This document shows, one piece after another, positions 1-12,959 of a DNA stretch of 64,000 nt. Origin of the DNA: Podarcis muralis (lineage: Eukaryota); assembly GCF_964188315.1 (NCBI RefSeq), contig NC_135656.1:71610001-71674000 (forward strand), written 5' to 3'. The notes below the pieces were generated by a model that worked only from the letters and a program-made list of their open reading frames with translations, did not search any database and was not told where the DNA came from. Position 1 is the stretch's first letter; the number at the start of each line of letters is the position of its first letter. The position numbers and the translations under genes were made by a program.

Positions 1-901
1 CACAAAGAGCCAGAGCAGCCCTACTCATGAGCACTGCAAGCACACCCAGGCATGCAAAATTTGTGATTAGATGGCCTTGCCTGGCATCACTATTCTCATA
101 ATACAATTTTTGAGATAACTAGCACTGATTTCACTAGTACTAGACAAAGATCAGGGGCTTGGAAACATCTCAGTGACTCATTGTGGTTAGTAAACTATCA
201 GACCTCTCTTGTGGCCCATAAATAGAAGAAAATGAAAAGACTTTACAAGAAGAAATGGTGACGAATTACCAATTTAAAACAACTCCATCTGCACTCTGAT
301 GCAACTGTACAAAACGTATGGGAAAAAGAAGGGCAAAGTGTTGCTAGATAGCAGGTAGACATTGTTTGGATTATGCACGCTCTGCATCACTGACAGACCA
401 AGGCCACTTCTTACCTTTGAGCTACCGTGTGGGAAGCTGCTTGAAAGACCACTTGATGTGATGGCTCTAATATGCCAAAGCTACTCACTCTCCAGTTCAC
501 CCACCAGGTGTGGAGAATATTCAAGCCACCACCAATTACAATGTAGGCTACAATTTTATATATATAAAATACCTCCCAAATTTCAGCCCTATTTTCTTTC
601 CTTAGCAGTGGCCTGCAAAATCTCTTTGGAATTCCTGGTATCAGCCATATTTCAGTACTCACACAAAATTCTTGTTTATACACCAATGTATCACAAACAG
701 TAATGTTCACCTAATCTATAAATTCAACAATCCTCATCCTTCCTAAACACTGCATTGATACAGCTGACAATTCTTCTCTTTGCCTTAAGTATACTGTGGC
801 TACTGTGCTTACATAATTCCACCTGTAAAGCAAATCCCCACTTGTATGCACAATGCTGAAACCTTCAGGTAAGTCTTCACGGCACGGGAGCCCCCACTCA
901 C

Positions 902-1054
902 CACGTACACCCCACGCGGAGCGCCTCCCGTATTGCTCGGAGGTTCTGGAGCGCAGACTGACTGGAAGTCGTAGGATTCTTTCCGTGTGAAGAACGAGTT
1001 GTTGTAGAGAGCAGACATCAAGTGAGCGTCGACCTCACTGAAGAACTTCCCTAC
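902..1054 (-). CDS. CACNA2D2: CACNA2D2 coding exon (~33), [51 protein letters not shown]
   Basis: 153 nt, ttccag acceptor and gtgagt donor; the gene continues beyond the left edge of the window. Confidence 0.96.
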
Positions 1055-2155
1055 CTGGAAAAGGGAAAAAAAGGATGAAATAATTTGTTTAAGCTGTATC
1101 CAGCTGATTATGCATTTTCCAGCCATTGGTGCTTCCAGACAGGGACCTTTTATTGCAGATGGGTAATGATCAGATTTTTCTGTGTGCAAATTTGGTGCTT
1201 CAGCTTCCATGCATTCCTCCCCGCCCCCCATCACTGTATTTGTTAGTATTGCTCTCCAAACCAGTGGGCAGAGCTTGATGGAATGCATCTCAGCCTTGTG
1301 GTTTTTTGTCCTTCCTCTTAATCATTCCTCCCTCACCTCCACTGTCTTTCCCACCGTGTATCTCTATATGTGTATGTGTTTATACCAAGTCACCATGCTT
1401 GACAATGGGAGAAATGGAAATTTATGCTTTCCTTGGGAAGGACAATGCCCACTTCTATTTGGTTTTCTTTCTTTTTCTTTTTAAATGGAGGTAGAACATA
1501 GCCATTGTGGCTATTAGCCATTGAAATCTGGATTAAATGTAAAAAAAGTATTGGCTGGCATTTCGATAATGTGTATGGCATTGGTTGGGTGCTGCAAAAA
1601 TACTTGTGAGCATTAGCAGTAATGCTACCAGTCCAATAGAAATGGGAGCAATGTATAAACTCTGCTAAACATGTAGGAAGCTTCTGAACATGCCTGTTGG
1701 CAACTGGGGTCCTCCATGTGTCAATTGTCTGATATCATAATGATGTTAGAGGACCCAAAGTAATTACTCCCCTTTGTGGGTTTGCTTTGAGCCACTTGCA
1801 TTCAAGCTAGTGATACAAAGGAATATGAGCTGATCAGTGCTTATAGCAAATCCCAGGGATTGGCTGCCCTATGGTACCCCCAGCAAGGAATTCTGTAGTG
1901 CAACTGATTTCAGTGGGCTTGTTAGCAAGCATTCCTTTACCTAGGGGCTGACAACAAGCCTTGCTTGCCAAGCTCTACATTGTTCATATATGCATTTCTA
2001 TCTGCCCCACACCTTACGTTGCATATGACATTGGGTGTGTGACAAGTAGGTGTGATTTGGGGGAAACGATGAGCTGAATTGTTACCCTTGTTGGGCCTAA
2101 TTTGGCCTGTGGACTGGAGGTTCTCTACCCCTGCTATAGAAAAAGCACAGCTTAC

Positions 2156-2227
2156 CTGGAACCAGTAATCCTCCTGGTTGGAAAGTACCAGAAAACCCCC
2201 ATCATCGATGAGAACACAAAGGAGGTC
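2156..2227 (-). CDS. CACNA2D2: CACNA2D2 coding exon (~32), [24 protein letters not shown]
   Basis: 72 nt, ttcag acceptor and gtaagc donor. Confidence 0.96.
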
Positions 2228-2734
2228 CTGAAAGATTGAACAATACTTTGTGTTTTGCAATGGATTCTAAATTCTGGTTTAAACATTAGTCTACATGCCT
2301 GATTGTCTCTATAATGAGCAAAGGCAGCCGTAACTGAGCATTCCTTGTCATTCTATAAACATTTATGGTGCTTGCATGTGTTTAAGGATCAGGGTAGTCT
2401 AAGAGCAAGGGAATAAAGGTGGTGGAAACAAAGCTTGGTATGTGTATACACACACACGTGCACAGGGCAGTCCCCCTGTTTTGCCATCTGAGGCAAGATC
2501 TTGTCAAACTGATGGCACTGATGGCACAATTTATCCACTGGAGGTGGTGCCCATGAGGGTGTTGACTCTTTGGCTTATGCCACCCAAGGCGACTGCTTCA
2601 CCCCACATCAGGATTTCTGACAGTTTTCTAGTTTAGGAAGCAGCTAAGGATACACTACAATAAGCAGTAAGAGTCGCTATGTAACAATCAGCAAAAAGGC
2701 CCAGTTATTTTCCATCTGTTTCCTCCATGTTTAC

Positions 2735-2782
2735 CTTGTAATTAGCCTCACAGTCCATCTCGCAGCCTGTGGAGGGGTCACA
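2735..2782 (-). CDS. CACNA2D2: CACNA2D2 coding exon (~31), CDPSTGCEMDCEANYK
   Basis: 48 nt, ttccag acceptor and gtaaac donor; CEMDCE motif of alpha2delta-2. Confidence 0.92.
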
Positions 2783-3722
2783 CTGGAAATGAAAGAAGAA
2801 AGGCAGTGACACCAAGAGAATTTGAAACACATCTCAAAACTGAATTACTTAAATCCCACATCCACACCCTTCCTAATGACAAGAGGAACAGGTTCTACAG
2901 TCAGAAGGGAACTGTGAGGAAATGAGAATAGAGACAGCTTTGGCAACATTTATCTATACTCTGGTAATGTTTAGATTGCTGCAGTGTGCTGTACGTGGGG
3001 AATTATGATGACTGTCCAGTCGGAGTAAAATGGAGTGTAATAATCGATTCTCACAGATCTGCTTCTGTCCATCCAAGGTTAAACACAGGGCAGGGGAGGA
3101 GGGCGGGGAAGAAGGGTGCCAGACCAGTTTTGCAGGATTGAAGCCACTCCTGCTGAGAACAGTAATAACAGCGCATGGATTGTTCCATAGTGGGAGAAAA
3201 TGTAACTAGTAAAAAAGTCGTCTTAAAAGTGGTTTAAAAATCGTTCTAAGGAATAGAAGTGAAACGTGCCAACAAGAAGCAGCAGCAGCAGCAGCAGAAA
3301 AAACACTAACATGGACTGGCAACGGGATTCACTGCTTGGACTAGACCTTGGTGGTCTTCACTTGTTTTCAGGCACAATTCAGTGTGCTATCTTGTCTTTG
3401 TCCTACAAAGCTCTAGATGACTTTAGGTCAGTAGATCTGACAGACCACCATTTCTCATAAGAACCTTGCTGTGACTTCCTCCCATACGCCACTTTTGGGA
3501 GGCTCACCTTTTAGAAACTAGGCTGATAGTTACCAGAAATGTCTTTGTTTTATTGGTGGGCCCTTCTTTATGGAATATCTTCTCCAGATATATTAAAGTG
3601 TCTCTAATTTTAGCATCTTAATGTTTTAAGCATGCAGGATCCTCAAAATGAACTGGAGGGGCAAAGAAGTGCTATGAAGTAGGATGATAAACCACCTCTT
3701 TCGGGAACAGTAAGACAGATAC

Positions 3723-3790
3723 ATAGATATAGATATAGATATAGATATAGATATAGATATAGATATAGATATAGATATAGATATAGATAT
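3723..3790. repeat. (ATAGAT)n microsatellite
   Basis: About 11 hexamer units. Confidence 0.97.
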
Positions 3791-3802
3791 ATAACCTCTG
3801 GG

Positions 3803-3980
3803 CAGTGCTTTTTTTCTGGGGGGGATGCAGGGGAATGCATACCCCTAAATATTTTGTGCATCTTTGTTCTTTTGTCCATTAACTGTATTTATTTTTCCTG
3901 ATTTTAACTATAAAATGGTGATTTTCTTGAGTCAAAATGAGAGTACCCCTAAACATTTTTTTAAAAGAAAAAAAGCACTG
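3803..3980. mobile_element. hAT-type MITE (178 bp)
   Basis: TIR CAGTGCTTTTTTTCT; near-perfect 8-bp TSD CCTCTGGG / CCTCTTGG. Confidence 0.8.
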
Positions 3981-4058
3981 CCTCTTGGGGTTCATTCACT
4001 GTTGCCAGAGGGAACCTGGCATGTCAGTGGCGAGGGTGACTGCTCTGCTGCAGTGTTA

Positions 4059-4298
<240 letters not shown>

Positions 4299-4340
4299 TT
4301 AGAAAAATGTCGTCTTCTTTTTGTCTAAACACGTGGGCTG

Positions 4341-4478
4341 CATAGACACCACACATTTAAAGCCCATGCCTCCCCCTAAAGAACCATAGGAACTGTAGTT
4401 TACCTCCCACAGAGCTACAGTTCCCAGGATTATTTGGCGGAAGCCATGTGCTTTAAATGAATGGTGTGCATCTAACTC
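4341..4478. mobile_element. Small fold-back MITE
   Basis: CACCACACATTTAAAGC ... GCTTTAAATGAATGGTG arms around GGAACTGTAG/CTACAGTTCC. Confidence 0.6.
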
Positions 4479-4569
4479 AGTTGTCCTGTTGTTTTTTATT
4501 AAGTACTGCATTTTGATGCATTTCCCCCAAAACCAGCTTCATTCAGAACTGAAAAACAAAAACTACTTA

Positions 4570-4808
4570 CCGTATTTTTTGCTCTATAAGACTTACTTTT
4601 TCCCTCCTAAAAAGTAAGGGGAAATGTGTGTGCGTCTTAGGGAGCGAATGCAGGCTGCGCAGCTATCACAGAAGCCAGAACAGCAAGAGGGATTGCTGCT
4701 TTCACTGAGCAGCGATCCCTCTTGCTGTTCTGGCTTCTGAGATTCAGAATATTTCTTTTCTTGTTTTCCTCCAAAAACTAGGTGCGTCTTATAGAGTGAA
4801 AAATACGG
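4570..4808. mobile_element. Short MITE of the same TIR family as 9207-11159, with an internal hairpin
   Basis: TA|CCGTATTTTTTGCTCTATAAG ... CTTATAGAGTGAAAAATACGG|TA; terminal ~80 bp shared with the large element; ~32-bp inverted arms at about 4668-4740. Confidence 0.88.
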
Positions 4809-5083
4809 TAGCTGCTAACGTCTACACAGCAACTGTGACAGCATGAAGGATTACACAAAGGCCACATGAGCCTTCAGCCCAGTGGAGAGGTTTGTCAACC
4901 CAACAGACCAGAGAAATCCAAGCGTTTTTGCAGCCTGACTGAAGACAATGAGCTGGTATTTATGTAGACTGCCAGAGAGGCTGTGGAAGGCTTCACAGCT
5001 GCAAATGATGTAGACCAGAATGCCTGAAGACAGGAGAGACATTCCAGAGACAAAGATGCAGGCAAATGCCCCATCATTCTTAC

Positions 5084-5182
5084 CTGCTGGTTTCAGGTGC
5101 CTCTCACCAAAGTTGAGCTCAACTGCTGTGCTGACAAGGATCCCAACTGTGTTGTTTTCCAGTTCCAGCCCTCGGTAGTTGA
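5084..5182 (-). CDS. CACNA2D2: CACNA2D2 coding exon (~29), NYRGLELENNTVGILVSTAVELNFGERHLKPA
   Basis: 99 nt, ctatag acceptor and gtaaga donor; phase 1 to 1. Confidence 0.94.
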
Positions 5183-5841
5183 CTATAGGGGGAAGAAGAA
5201 GAAAAAGGACCTGCCAGTCTGTGGATGGCACAGGCAGCACAACTGCTGCAAAGCACTCTGGCTTGGGTGGCAATGCTTTATGGTTCCATGCAGGGCTGAC
5301 TTCCTGCCAGTGCCCTCTCCCTGCTTCCTTGTGGTGACAAAATGAAAGGCTGTGCCTTACTTTTTTATTTTATTAACATTCTAATTAGTAATCTATGACG
5401 AAAACACTTTTCTGCTTAAGCAATTACCCACTGCATATAATATGAAATGGTAGCCACAGCATATGCAGCAAGCAGTGAACCGCTTTATTACATTATCCCT
5501 TGTCCTCAGTGGAGTTTGTGAATGCAAAGCGGCAGGTCCCTTATGGTGCAAGAAACCTCAGCTCAGAAGCTATAAATTACGGACTTGGAGGCATGATGGG
5601 GTTCTTTGCCTGTCATTTATTACAGAGCTTCAGGAACCGTGGCTTGATCAAGACTATGTAAATACTACATATTACTATCACTGTCCTTGTAGTAAGCCTT
5701 TAAGCAGAATTTATTGCCTCACACCCTGCAGCCAGATGTCTGGTGCCAATTCCTGTAGTTCCATGCTTATAAAGGCTATCAAAGCTGAGGGCAGGGCAAA
5801 CCAGTCCCACCCACTTGGAGCACTGTGTAGGGCATACTTAC

Positions 5842-5945
5842 AATCCCTGTAAGGGGTCTTAAAGATGTGGCCTTTGTTATCCAGGCTTCTCCGATAGAAA
5901 CTGGCGTTGAAGGGCTCCCGGTCTTCTTCCCAGTCTTCAGCAGCT
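5842..5945 (-). CDS. CACNA2D2: CACNA2D2 coding exon (~28), [34 protein letters not shown]
   Basis: 104 nt, aaag acceptor and gtaagt donor. Confidence 0.95.
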
Positions 5946-7788
5946 CTTTAATAAAATCAACCAGCCCCACAGAATGTCACAAGCTTTTGGCAGAGATTTC
6001 ATTTTCCATATAGCCGCAAATAAAATATTGGCCTTTTTAAAAAACCCATCAATAATATGTACTATGAACATTTATACTTCCACAACCAGTCTTAGAGACA
6101 GGGAGGTGATAGCTGAGAAAGTCCAAATGTTCATTATACATACATATACACAGAATTGTAGAGATGGATCATCATATGTAAACAAATAATATATTTCACC
6201 TCTGACATATAGGACGGTATTGAGCCATAAATGTTCTTTTATTAAGACTACCAGCTATTTACTGTGGCTGTGGTACAGTTTTCATTTTGCACAGAGACAA
6301 GTGCTTGGCAAACCCACCCTTTTTGCAGCGCCAGGCAAACAGAGGATCAGGAAGTCTACCAGGCCCCTTTCAAGCTGCATTTGGTTTAGTGAATCACAAG
6401 TTACATGGGCACAATTCATTGTCTACTGTCAGCCTTTAAAGATAATTACACGCTTTCAGAAACCTCTAAAACCACAAGGGTCACAGAATGATTAAAACTT
6501 AATAGTTGGCAGCCTACATTCCTTTGAGCATCAAGGGCACCTGAACCCAGTAAATTGCTACTAATAATTTTCCCCTGAAGGAGGTAGTTGGGAATACAAA
6601 TCTATTTTGTCGTCAGGAAAAGTGTTGTGAGGGTCTTATTAACCAGATGTGTCCTTCAGTGACACAGGCTGCAAAGTTGTTAGTGGGTACACTTTGACAT
6701 TACCTTTTGCTCCTTGTGCTAAAAAGAAGGTCATTCAACACCTTAAAAGAACATATCAAGGAATGGATTTGCTGGATGCCCAAAGTAATGTGGTACCATT
6801 AGTATTCTGTCTACCTCAACAGTAATTTTTGGAAACCTAACAATGCCAACAGTTATGGCTTTTCCCTTAACCCTCCAGCCCAAGGAGCCTTCATAAGGGA
6901 GCTGTTTCCAGAGGAAGAACTATGAGGGGAGAGAGACTCTGTTTGCCGGGGGGGGGGGGGGCTGGTTTTACCTGTGTGGCTCCACCTTCAGCCCAAGGAA
7001 CCTTCAGAAGGGAGTTGCTGCCATGGGCATTATGCGCTTGTGTATTTTAATAAGATGAACAGAGGGTGTGGAGTGTCTGCGTGCATGAACTTCACAGCGC
7101 TTAGTTCATCTTTTGGTTGCTATTTTGTTAATGTTGTTAATAGTGTTTTATGGATTATAAGTGCTGCATTGATTTGTTAATCCTATGACTTTTGCTTTAA
7201 TTGTGATGTTTAGCTTATTTTTTAGTTTCTTGATTTGTTAACAGTGTTTTATAGATTATAACTGTTTCACTGTAAATTTGTTCATTATTCGGTATGATTT
7301 ATGCTGTATTTGTGATGTTTTGTTATTATTTGAAGGCTGCCTTGGGATTCAGTTGAATTAAAAATGACATAGAAATACTGTATAATCAATCATATCAAAA
7401 TCAAATCAATTCGGATGTTAGAAATGTTTAAGAGGACAAGTGCAATAAAATGTACATAAAATACTTCTAAAATATGTTTTTCAGTGTAGCTTGACAGGGA
7501 TGAAAATGCATAAAACATGTTTCATATAGATATGACAACACATGAACATTTGCACCCTTAAGGAAGTAATTAAATTGTTGCATTAGTTTCACTGGGACTT
7601 GGGCTGCAATGTAACTGTAGTTACCTGGGAGTAAGCTTCACTTCAGTCAACAGGACTTACTTCTGAGTAGATGTGGTTAGGAGTGTATCCTTAATCATTA
7701 CTAACTCTAGATTATGGTAGATTGGGGCCAGTAAATGTTAAACACATTCTCTTCAGCTACAGATGATACGACAAACACTTGTCACTTA

Positions 7789-7884
<96 letters not shown>

Positions 7885-8801
7885 TCAAGCAATATGCCAA
7901 AGTTCGGCTTCTCACCAATTTGTCTTTGCACTGCACCTTTAGCCTATGTGTTGATTATTATAACTGTGGTAGGTATGGTTTGTGTTTTCCTCCCTGTGTT
8001 TTCATTTTGTATTATCTTCAGTGCATTTTTACAAGAAAATATGGTGCCGGTACTCACCATGAAGTTGTTATATTTGAAGAAAAAAAAGTGTCCATACCCT
8101 TGAGTACCCCCAGAAAAAAGCACCAATCATATTGTATGTTTATGTTGTGAACCTCCCTGAGATCTCCAGGTGAAGGGCGGTATAGAAAATTAATAAATAA
8201 TAAAAGGGTATGTGTGCATTTAGGTTAGTATTGCCCCCTGGGAATGGGAGTGGACAAACTTTTGAAAATGAAAAACTTTTACCTGATTTTATACTGAACT
8301 GAAAGAACCTCTAAATGGGCAAGTTACCATGTAGTTTTAAGTTGTGACTTGCAGTTTAGCTTGGATAAAATTTTAACTTGTCTTCAACTTTAACTGGTTT
8401 TAAATTTACCCTCTAGCTTTGATAAACTAAGCTAGTTTTCACTGGTTTTATACTGAATGGAAAGCTGAATCTTTCAGCTGAGGCTTTTCCCATTTAAAAC
8501 CTCACCTAGCCCTCTTAACGCAGGAAGACTTAAGTCCACTTTAAGCTTGTTCTTAAAGCTAATCCTATTTTCAGAAATCTAAGATTACTAGGTCTGTATC
8601 GTGTAGAGTTATATATTAGTTGGGTTTCCTTTTCTCCCTTCTCCAGAACTGACCAATTGTATAGGCCTGCTAGCTTCTCAGAAGAGAGTTTCAGGGTGAA
8701 CACTGCCATATATCTACTTTCTTCCCAGCTGGAAAATACTCTTGTTGGGGCACCAAAATGCTCCCAGTGTCTGAAAGAGCAATGAAATTAAATTGTATTT
8801 A

Positions 8802-8936
<135 letters not shown>

Positions 8937-9382
8937 TTATTGAATATCCCGAGGAGGGCTCCACTCCATTTTAAAGTATGATGGTGAAGAATCCTCTTTG
9001 CCTTCTACTCTTGCTTGCCTTTTCCCTCTCTCCTTGCATAGCCACCTTTTCACTTTTTTCAGCAGCAACTTAAACTGCATCGGAAAACAAGGATACTCCA
9101 AGGTGTGCACTGGACCCTTTCAATGCTCACTGGTTAGAATGCCCTGCAGAGGTTGCTGTGCGGTCCTTATAACTTGATTAGTTGGCTATGTATATTAAGT
9201 TATATACCGTATTTTTCGCTCTATAGGACGCACTTTTTCCCCTCCAAAAATGAAGGGGAAATGTGTGTGCGTCCTATGGAGCGAATGCAGGCTCCCTGGC
9301 TTCAGTGATAGCAAGGCAAAGCCTCCGAAGCCTGCGCTCCGGAGGCTTCCCGTTGCTTCCGCTGAAGCCAGGAGAGTCTGCT

Positions 9383-10237
9383 CTTTGAGGCTGGCGGGGG
9401 GGGGGGGAGCAGCGCTTCCCCCATCGCCAGCCCCAGAGGATGGGGGGCAGCAGGAAGGCGCGCGATGCCTTCCCGCTACTCTCCAACCTGGCTTTGAGGC
9501 TGGCGGGGGGGGGGAGCAGCGCTTCCCCCATAGCCAGCCCCAGAGGATGGGGGGCAGCAGGAAGGCGCGCGATGCCTTCCCGCTACTCTCCAACCTGGCT
9601 TTGAGGCTGGGGGGGGGGGGAGCAGCGCTTCCCCCATCGCCAGCCCCAGAGGATGGGGGGCAGCAGGAAGGCGCGCGATGCCTTCCCGCTACTCTCCAAC
9701 CCGGCTTTGAGGCTGGTGGGGGGGGGGAGCAGCGCTTCCCCCATCGCCAGCCCCAGAGGATGGGGGGCAGCAGGAAGGCGCACGATGCCTTCCCGCTACT
9801 CTCCAACCCGGCTTTGAGGCTGGCGGGGGGGGGGAGCAGCGCTTCCCCCATCGCCAGCCCCAGAGGATGGGGGGCAGCAGGAAGGCGCGCGATGCCTTCC
9901 CGCTACTCTCCAACCCGACTTTGAGGCTGGCGGGGGGGGGAGCAGCGCTTCCCCCATCGCCAGCCCCAGAGGATGGGGGGCAGCAGGAAGGCGCGCGATG
10001 CCTTCCCGCTACTCTCCAACCTGGCTTTGAGGCTGGGGGGGGGGGGGGAAGCAGCGCTTCCCCCATCGCCAGCCCCAGAGGATGGGGGGCAGCAGGAAGG
10101 CGCGCGATGCCTACCCGCTACTCTCCAACCCGGCTTTGAGGCTGGCGGGGGGAAAAGCAGCGCTTCCCCCATCGTCAGCCCCAGAGGATGGGGGGCAGCA
10201 GGAAGGCGCGCGACGCCTTCCCGCTACTCTCCAACCC
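9383..10237 (+). repeat. GC-rich minisatellite, 8 copies of a ~107-bp unit
   Basis: Unit TTTGAGGCTGGCG(G)nAGCAGCGCTTCCCCCATCGCCAGCCCCAGAGGATGGGGGGCAGCAGGAAGGCGCGCGATGCCTTCCCGCTACTCTCCAACCYGGC; copies differ mainly in G-run length. Confidence 0.95.
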
Positions 10238-11005
10238 TCCTGTGGGCTTTTGCGGGAGATGGGGGAATTCCCCCACCTTCCGCAAAAGCAGGCAAAAGCT
10301 GCGCGCTCTTTAAAGAGGCTCCGTGGCTTCTGCTGGCTTTTCTAGGAGGTGGGGGAATTCCCCCACCTCGCAGAAAAGCCTGCAAGAGCCGCGCACCCTT
10401 TAAAGAGCGAGTGGCTCTTGGGGGCTTTTCCCCAAGGAGGGAGACGGGACTGACTGGCCGAGTCAGTCCCTTCTCCCTCCTGCGGGCTTTTGCAGGAGGT
10501 GGGGGAATTTTCCCACCTCCCGCGAAAGCAGGCAAAAGCCGTGCGCTCTTTAAAGGGGCTGCACGGCTTTGCTGGCTTTTCTAGGAGGTGGGGGAATTCC
10601 CCCACCTCGCAGAAAAGCCTGCAAGAGCCGCGCACCCTTTAAAGAGCGCGCAGCTCTTGGGGGCTTTTCCCCAAGGAGGGAGAAGGGACTGACTGGCCAA
10701 GTCAGTCCCTTCTCCCTCCTGCGGGCTTTTGCGGGAGATGGGGGAATTTCCCCACCTCCCGCAAAAGCAGGCAAAAGCTGCACGCTCTTTAAAGAGGCTC
10801 CGTGGCTTCTGCTGGCTTTTCTAGGAGGTGGGGGAATTCCCCCACCTCGCAGAAAAGCCTGCAAGAGCCGCGCACCCTTTAAAGAGCGAGCGGCTCTTGG
10901 GGGCTTTTCCCCAAAGAGGGAGAAGGGTCCCACAGGAGTCACGCGGGGCTCCTGTGGGCTTTTGCGGGAGGTGGGGGAATTCCGCCACCTCCCGCAAAAG
11001 CAGGG
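10238..11005 (+). repeat. Higher-order tandem array, ~3.2 copies of a ~240-bp unit built from palindromes
   Basis: Unit starts at 10238, 10478, 10717 and 10950; contains GGGGGAATTCCCCC-centred and TTTAAA-centred inverted repeats. Confidence 0.92.
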
Positions 11006-12527
11006 AGAAGGTCTTGGGAGTAGCGCACAGGCTGCGTGCAGCCTGTCCACTGCTCCCAGAGCTGCGGTGAGGGGGAAATCATATTTTTTCCTTGATTTCC
11101 CCCCCTGAAAACTAGGTGCGTCCTATGGTCCGGTGCGTCCAATCGTGCGAAAAATACGGTATGTTCACAAAAGTAATAAACCTTAGAGTACATGACCAGC
11201 TCTACTAGTGCATCCCAGTACTTGCTAGTGTTATGCTAGTTTTGCAATGTTGTCAATGACTCCTCTCAATCCTGGAAGTCCTACCAACTCTGCTGGTAAC
11301 CTGTTGCACCTTGGCTGCTCCAGCTCTGCTGAGGTCTCTCAAGTTAGAACTCTCTTACCTAAGTTGTCCTGGTAGGACAGGCAGCCTCTGGCATAATTCT
11401 CCACATTACTGCTGCCACCACATGGTAGGTCTGTGTCCCCATTTACTTGACTTAATAGAGGTGGGCACCACTGGCAGGGAAAGTCTAGGTAATGTATGAT
11501 GGGGAACCTGCGGGTCCTTCAAATTACAGCTCCCATAATCCTTGAGCATTTCTGAGGCTGATGGGAGTTGAAGTCCAACAAACATCTGCGGGGCAACAGT
11601 TTTCCCATCCTCCACTCCATCCTAGAGCATCTCTTAGCGCTGCTATTATGCAGGGCACATTTCCTTCCCAGTTGTTTGCTCTGTGCATTGCCCTATGGGA
11701 AAAGACTCTGAGCCTTTCCTGGCCCTCTTTTGTTTCATGCGATTGCCACAGATGTCTGCCAGCTAAGCCACATAGTTCTCTGCCATGTGGGCATGGACTT
11801 TGAGACTGCTTCTATTTCTCAGTCACTCTGCGTACAGCAAAGAAACAAAAACTTAAATGTGGCATTTCAATTATAGGCAGGATTGGAAGGGGACTTCTAG
11901 AGGTTGTTGTCACCAAACTAAGGATACTTTAGGTGAAAGACTTAAAAATAAATAAATTCATACACAGAGGGGAGTGATAGTCCATAGGCTTCTTACCTTA
12001 TTTTCAGTGCTGAATTGCGTTATCACTAGAAAATTTAACTGATGTTTAATAGCAGCTGTTTTCTTGCAATGCAATCTCACTGTTTTTATGCTATCCCTGG
12101 AAATGGATTTGTCTGCCTTGGTTGGGGATTTGTCTCAGGAACAGACCGGTTTTATACATGAGGTACTTTTGTGAAATGTCTGCTACTAACATTAGAATCA
12201 GAGAGCACCAGCCTTATATGGAATATGACCTGGTTCAAACCAGATCACAACTAGAGTACCTGCTGATGGTCACATTTATGCTTGACAAACTGCATTACTC
12301 AGTGACTGTGCTTGCAATCTGAGACACCCTTTCCTGGGAATAAGCCCCATAGAATTCAATGGAGTTTGCTTCCAAGTGGATATGCCCAGTATTTCATTGT
12401 GAACTTACGGGTTTCATTCATCATTTGCATCCTCCTTTCATGACACCAGAGAACTGATACTACAACCTTCGCCAGAGAATAGTAACCCACCCCAGTTCTT
12501 TCTTCATAGGGTGGACTCTATCTAAAT

Positions 12528-12666
12528 CAGGTGTGGGAAAACTTTGCCCCTCCAGGTGTTGCTGAATTACTGCTCCCATGTTCCCTGGACATTGGCCATT
12601 CTTGCTAGGGCTGATGGGAGTTGTGGTTCAGCAACATCTGGAGAGCCAAATGTCCCCCCACTCTTG
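12528..12666. mobile_element. ~130-bp palindromic hAT-type MITE (dispersed family)
   Basis: Fold-back body; TSD ATCTAAAT / ATCCAAAT; diverged copies near 11497-11622, 13780-13850, 23125-23230, 28630-28737, 30908-31033 and 53235-53335. Confidence 0.75.
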
Positions 12667-12861
12667 ATCCAAATAATTTTTATTTTTTTGGCAAACATAA
12701 ACTTTGCTCCATTTTTAAAAAACAACAACATTTAAATGTATATCTTTTAAAGCAGAAGCACTCTTTTGCTTTGGGTTTTTCCTTGGTTCTCTCACCCAAA
12801 CAGTGCTGAGTGCTTCTTGAGAGAAGGCTGAGTCTCCACTGCATGCCCCGGGGGTACTTAC

Positions 12862-12959
12862 ATTGCTTGGAGTCAGGCGTCACCTTTTCCATGAGGGCGA
12901 TAAAGTTTTCCAGGAATTCAGTGTTGTTATCCGACTGGCTGAGGTCTTTGCAATATTCT
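12862..12959 (-). CDS. CACNA2D2: CACNA2D2 coding exon (~25), [33 protein letters not shown]
   Basis: 98 nt, cccag acceptor and gtaagt donor. Confidence 0.96.

Larger units (their letters stand above)
9207..11159. mobile_element. Non-autonomous Tc1/mariner-superfamily (pogo/Tc2-like) DNA element with internal hairpin tandem arrays
   Basis: TA at 9205-9206 and 11160-11161; TIRs begin CCGTATTTTTCGC (13 bp perfect) and continue imperfectly to GGACGCAC; no transposase. Confidence 0.88.

Noticed and set aside
9383-11005. Palindromic repeat arrays resembling a CRISPR array
   Set aside because: Vertebrate intron; the inter-repeat segments are themselves repeated rather than unique spacers; no cas genes; enclosed by transposon TIRs.
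9195-11193. Many overlapping 80-224 aa ORFs
   Set aside because: By-products of GC-rich tandem repeats that lack stop codons; the translations are periodic.
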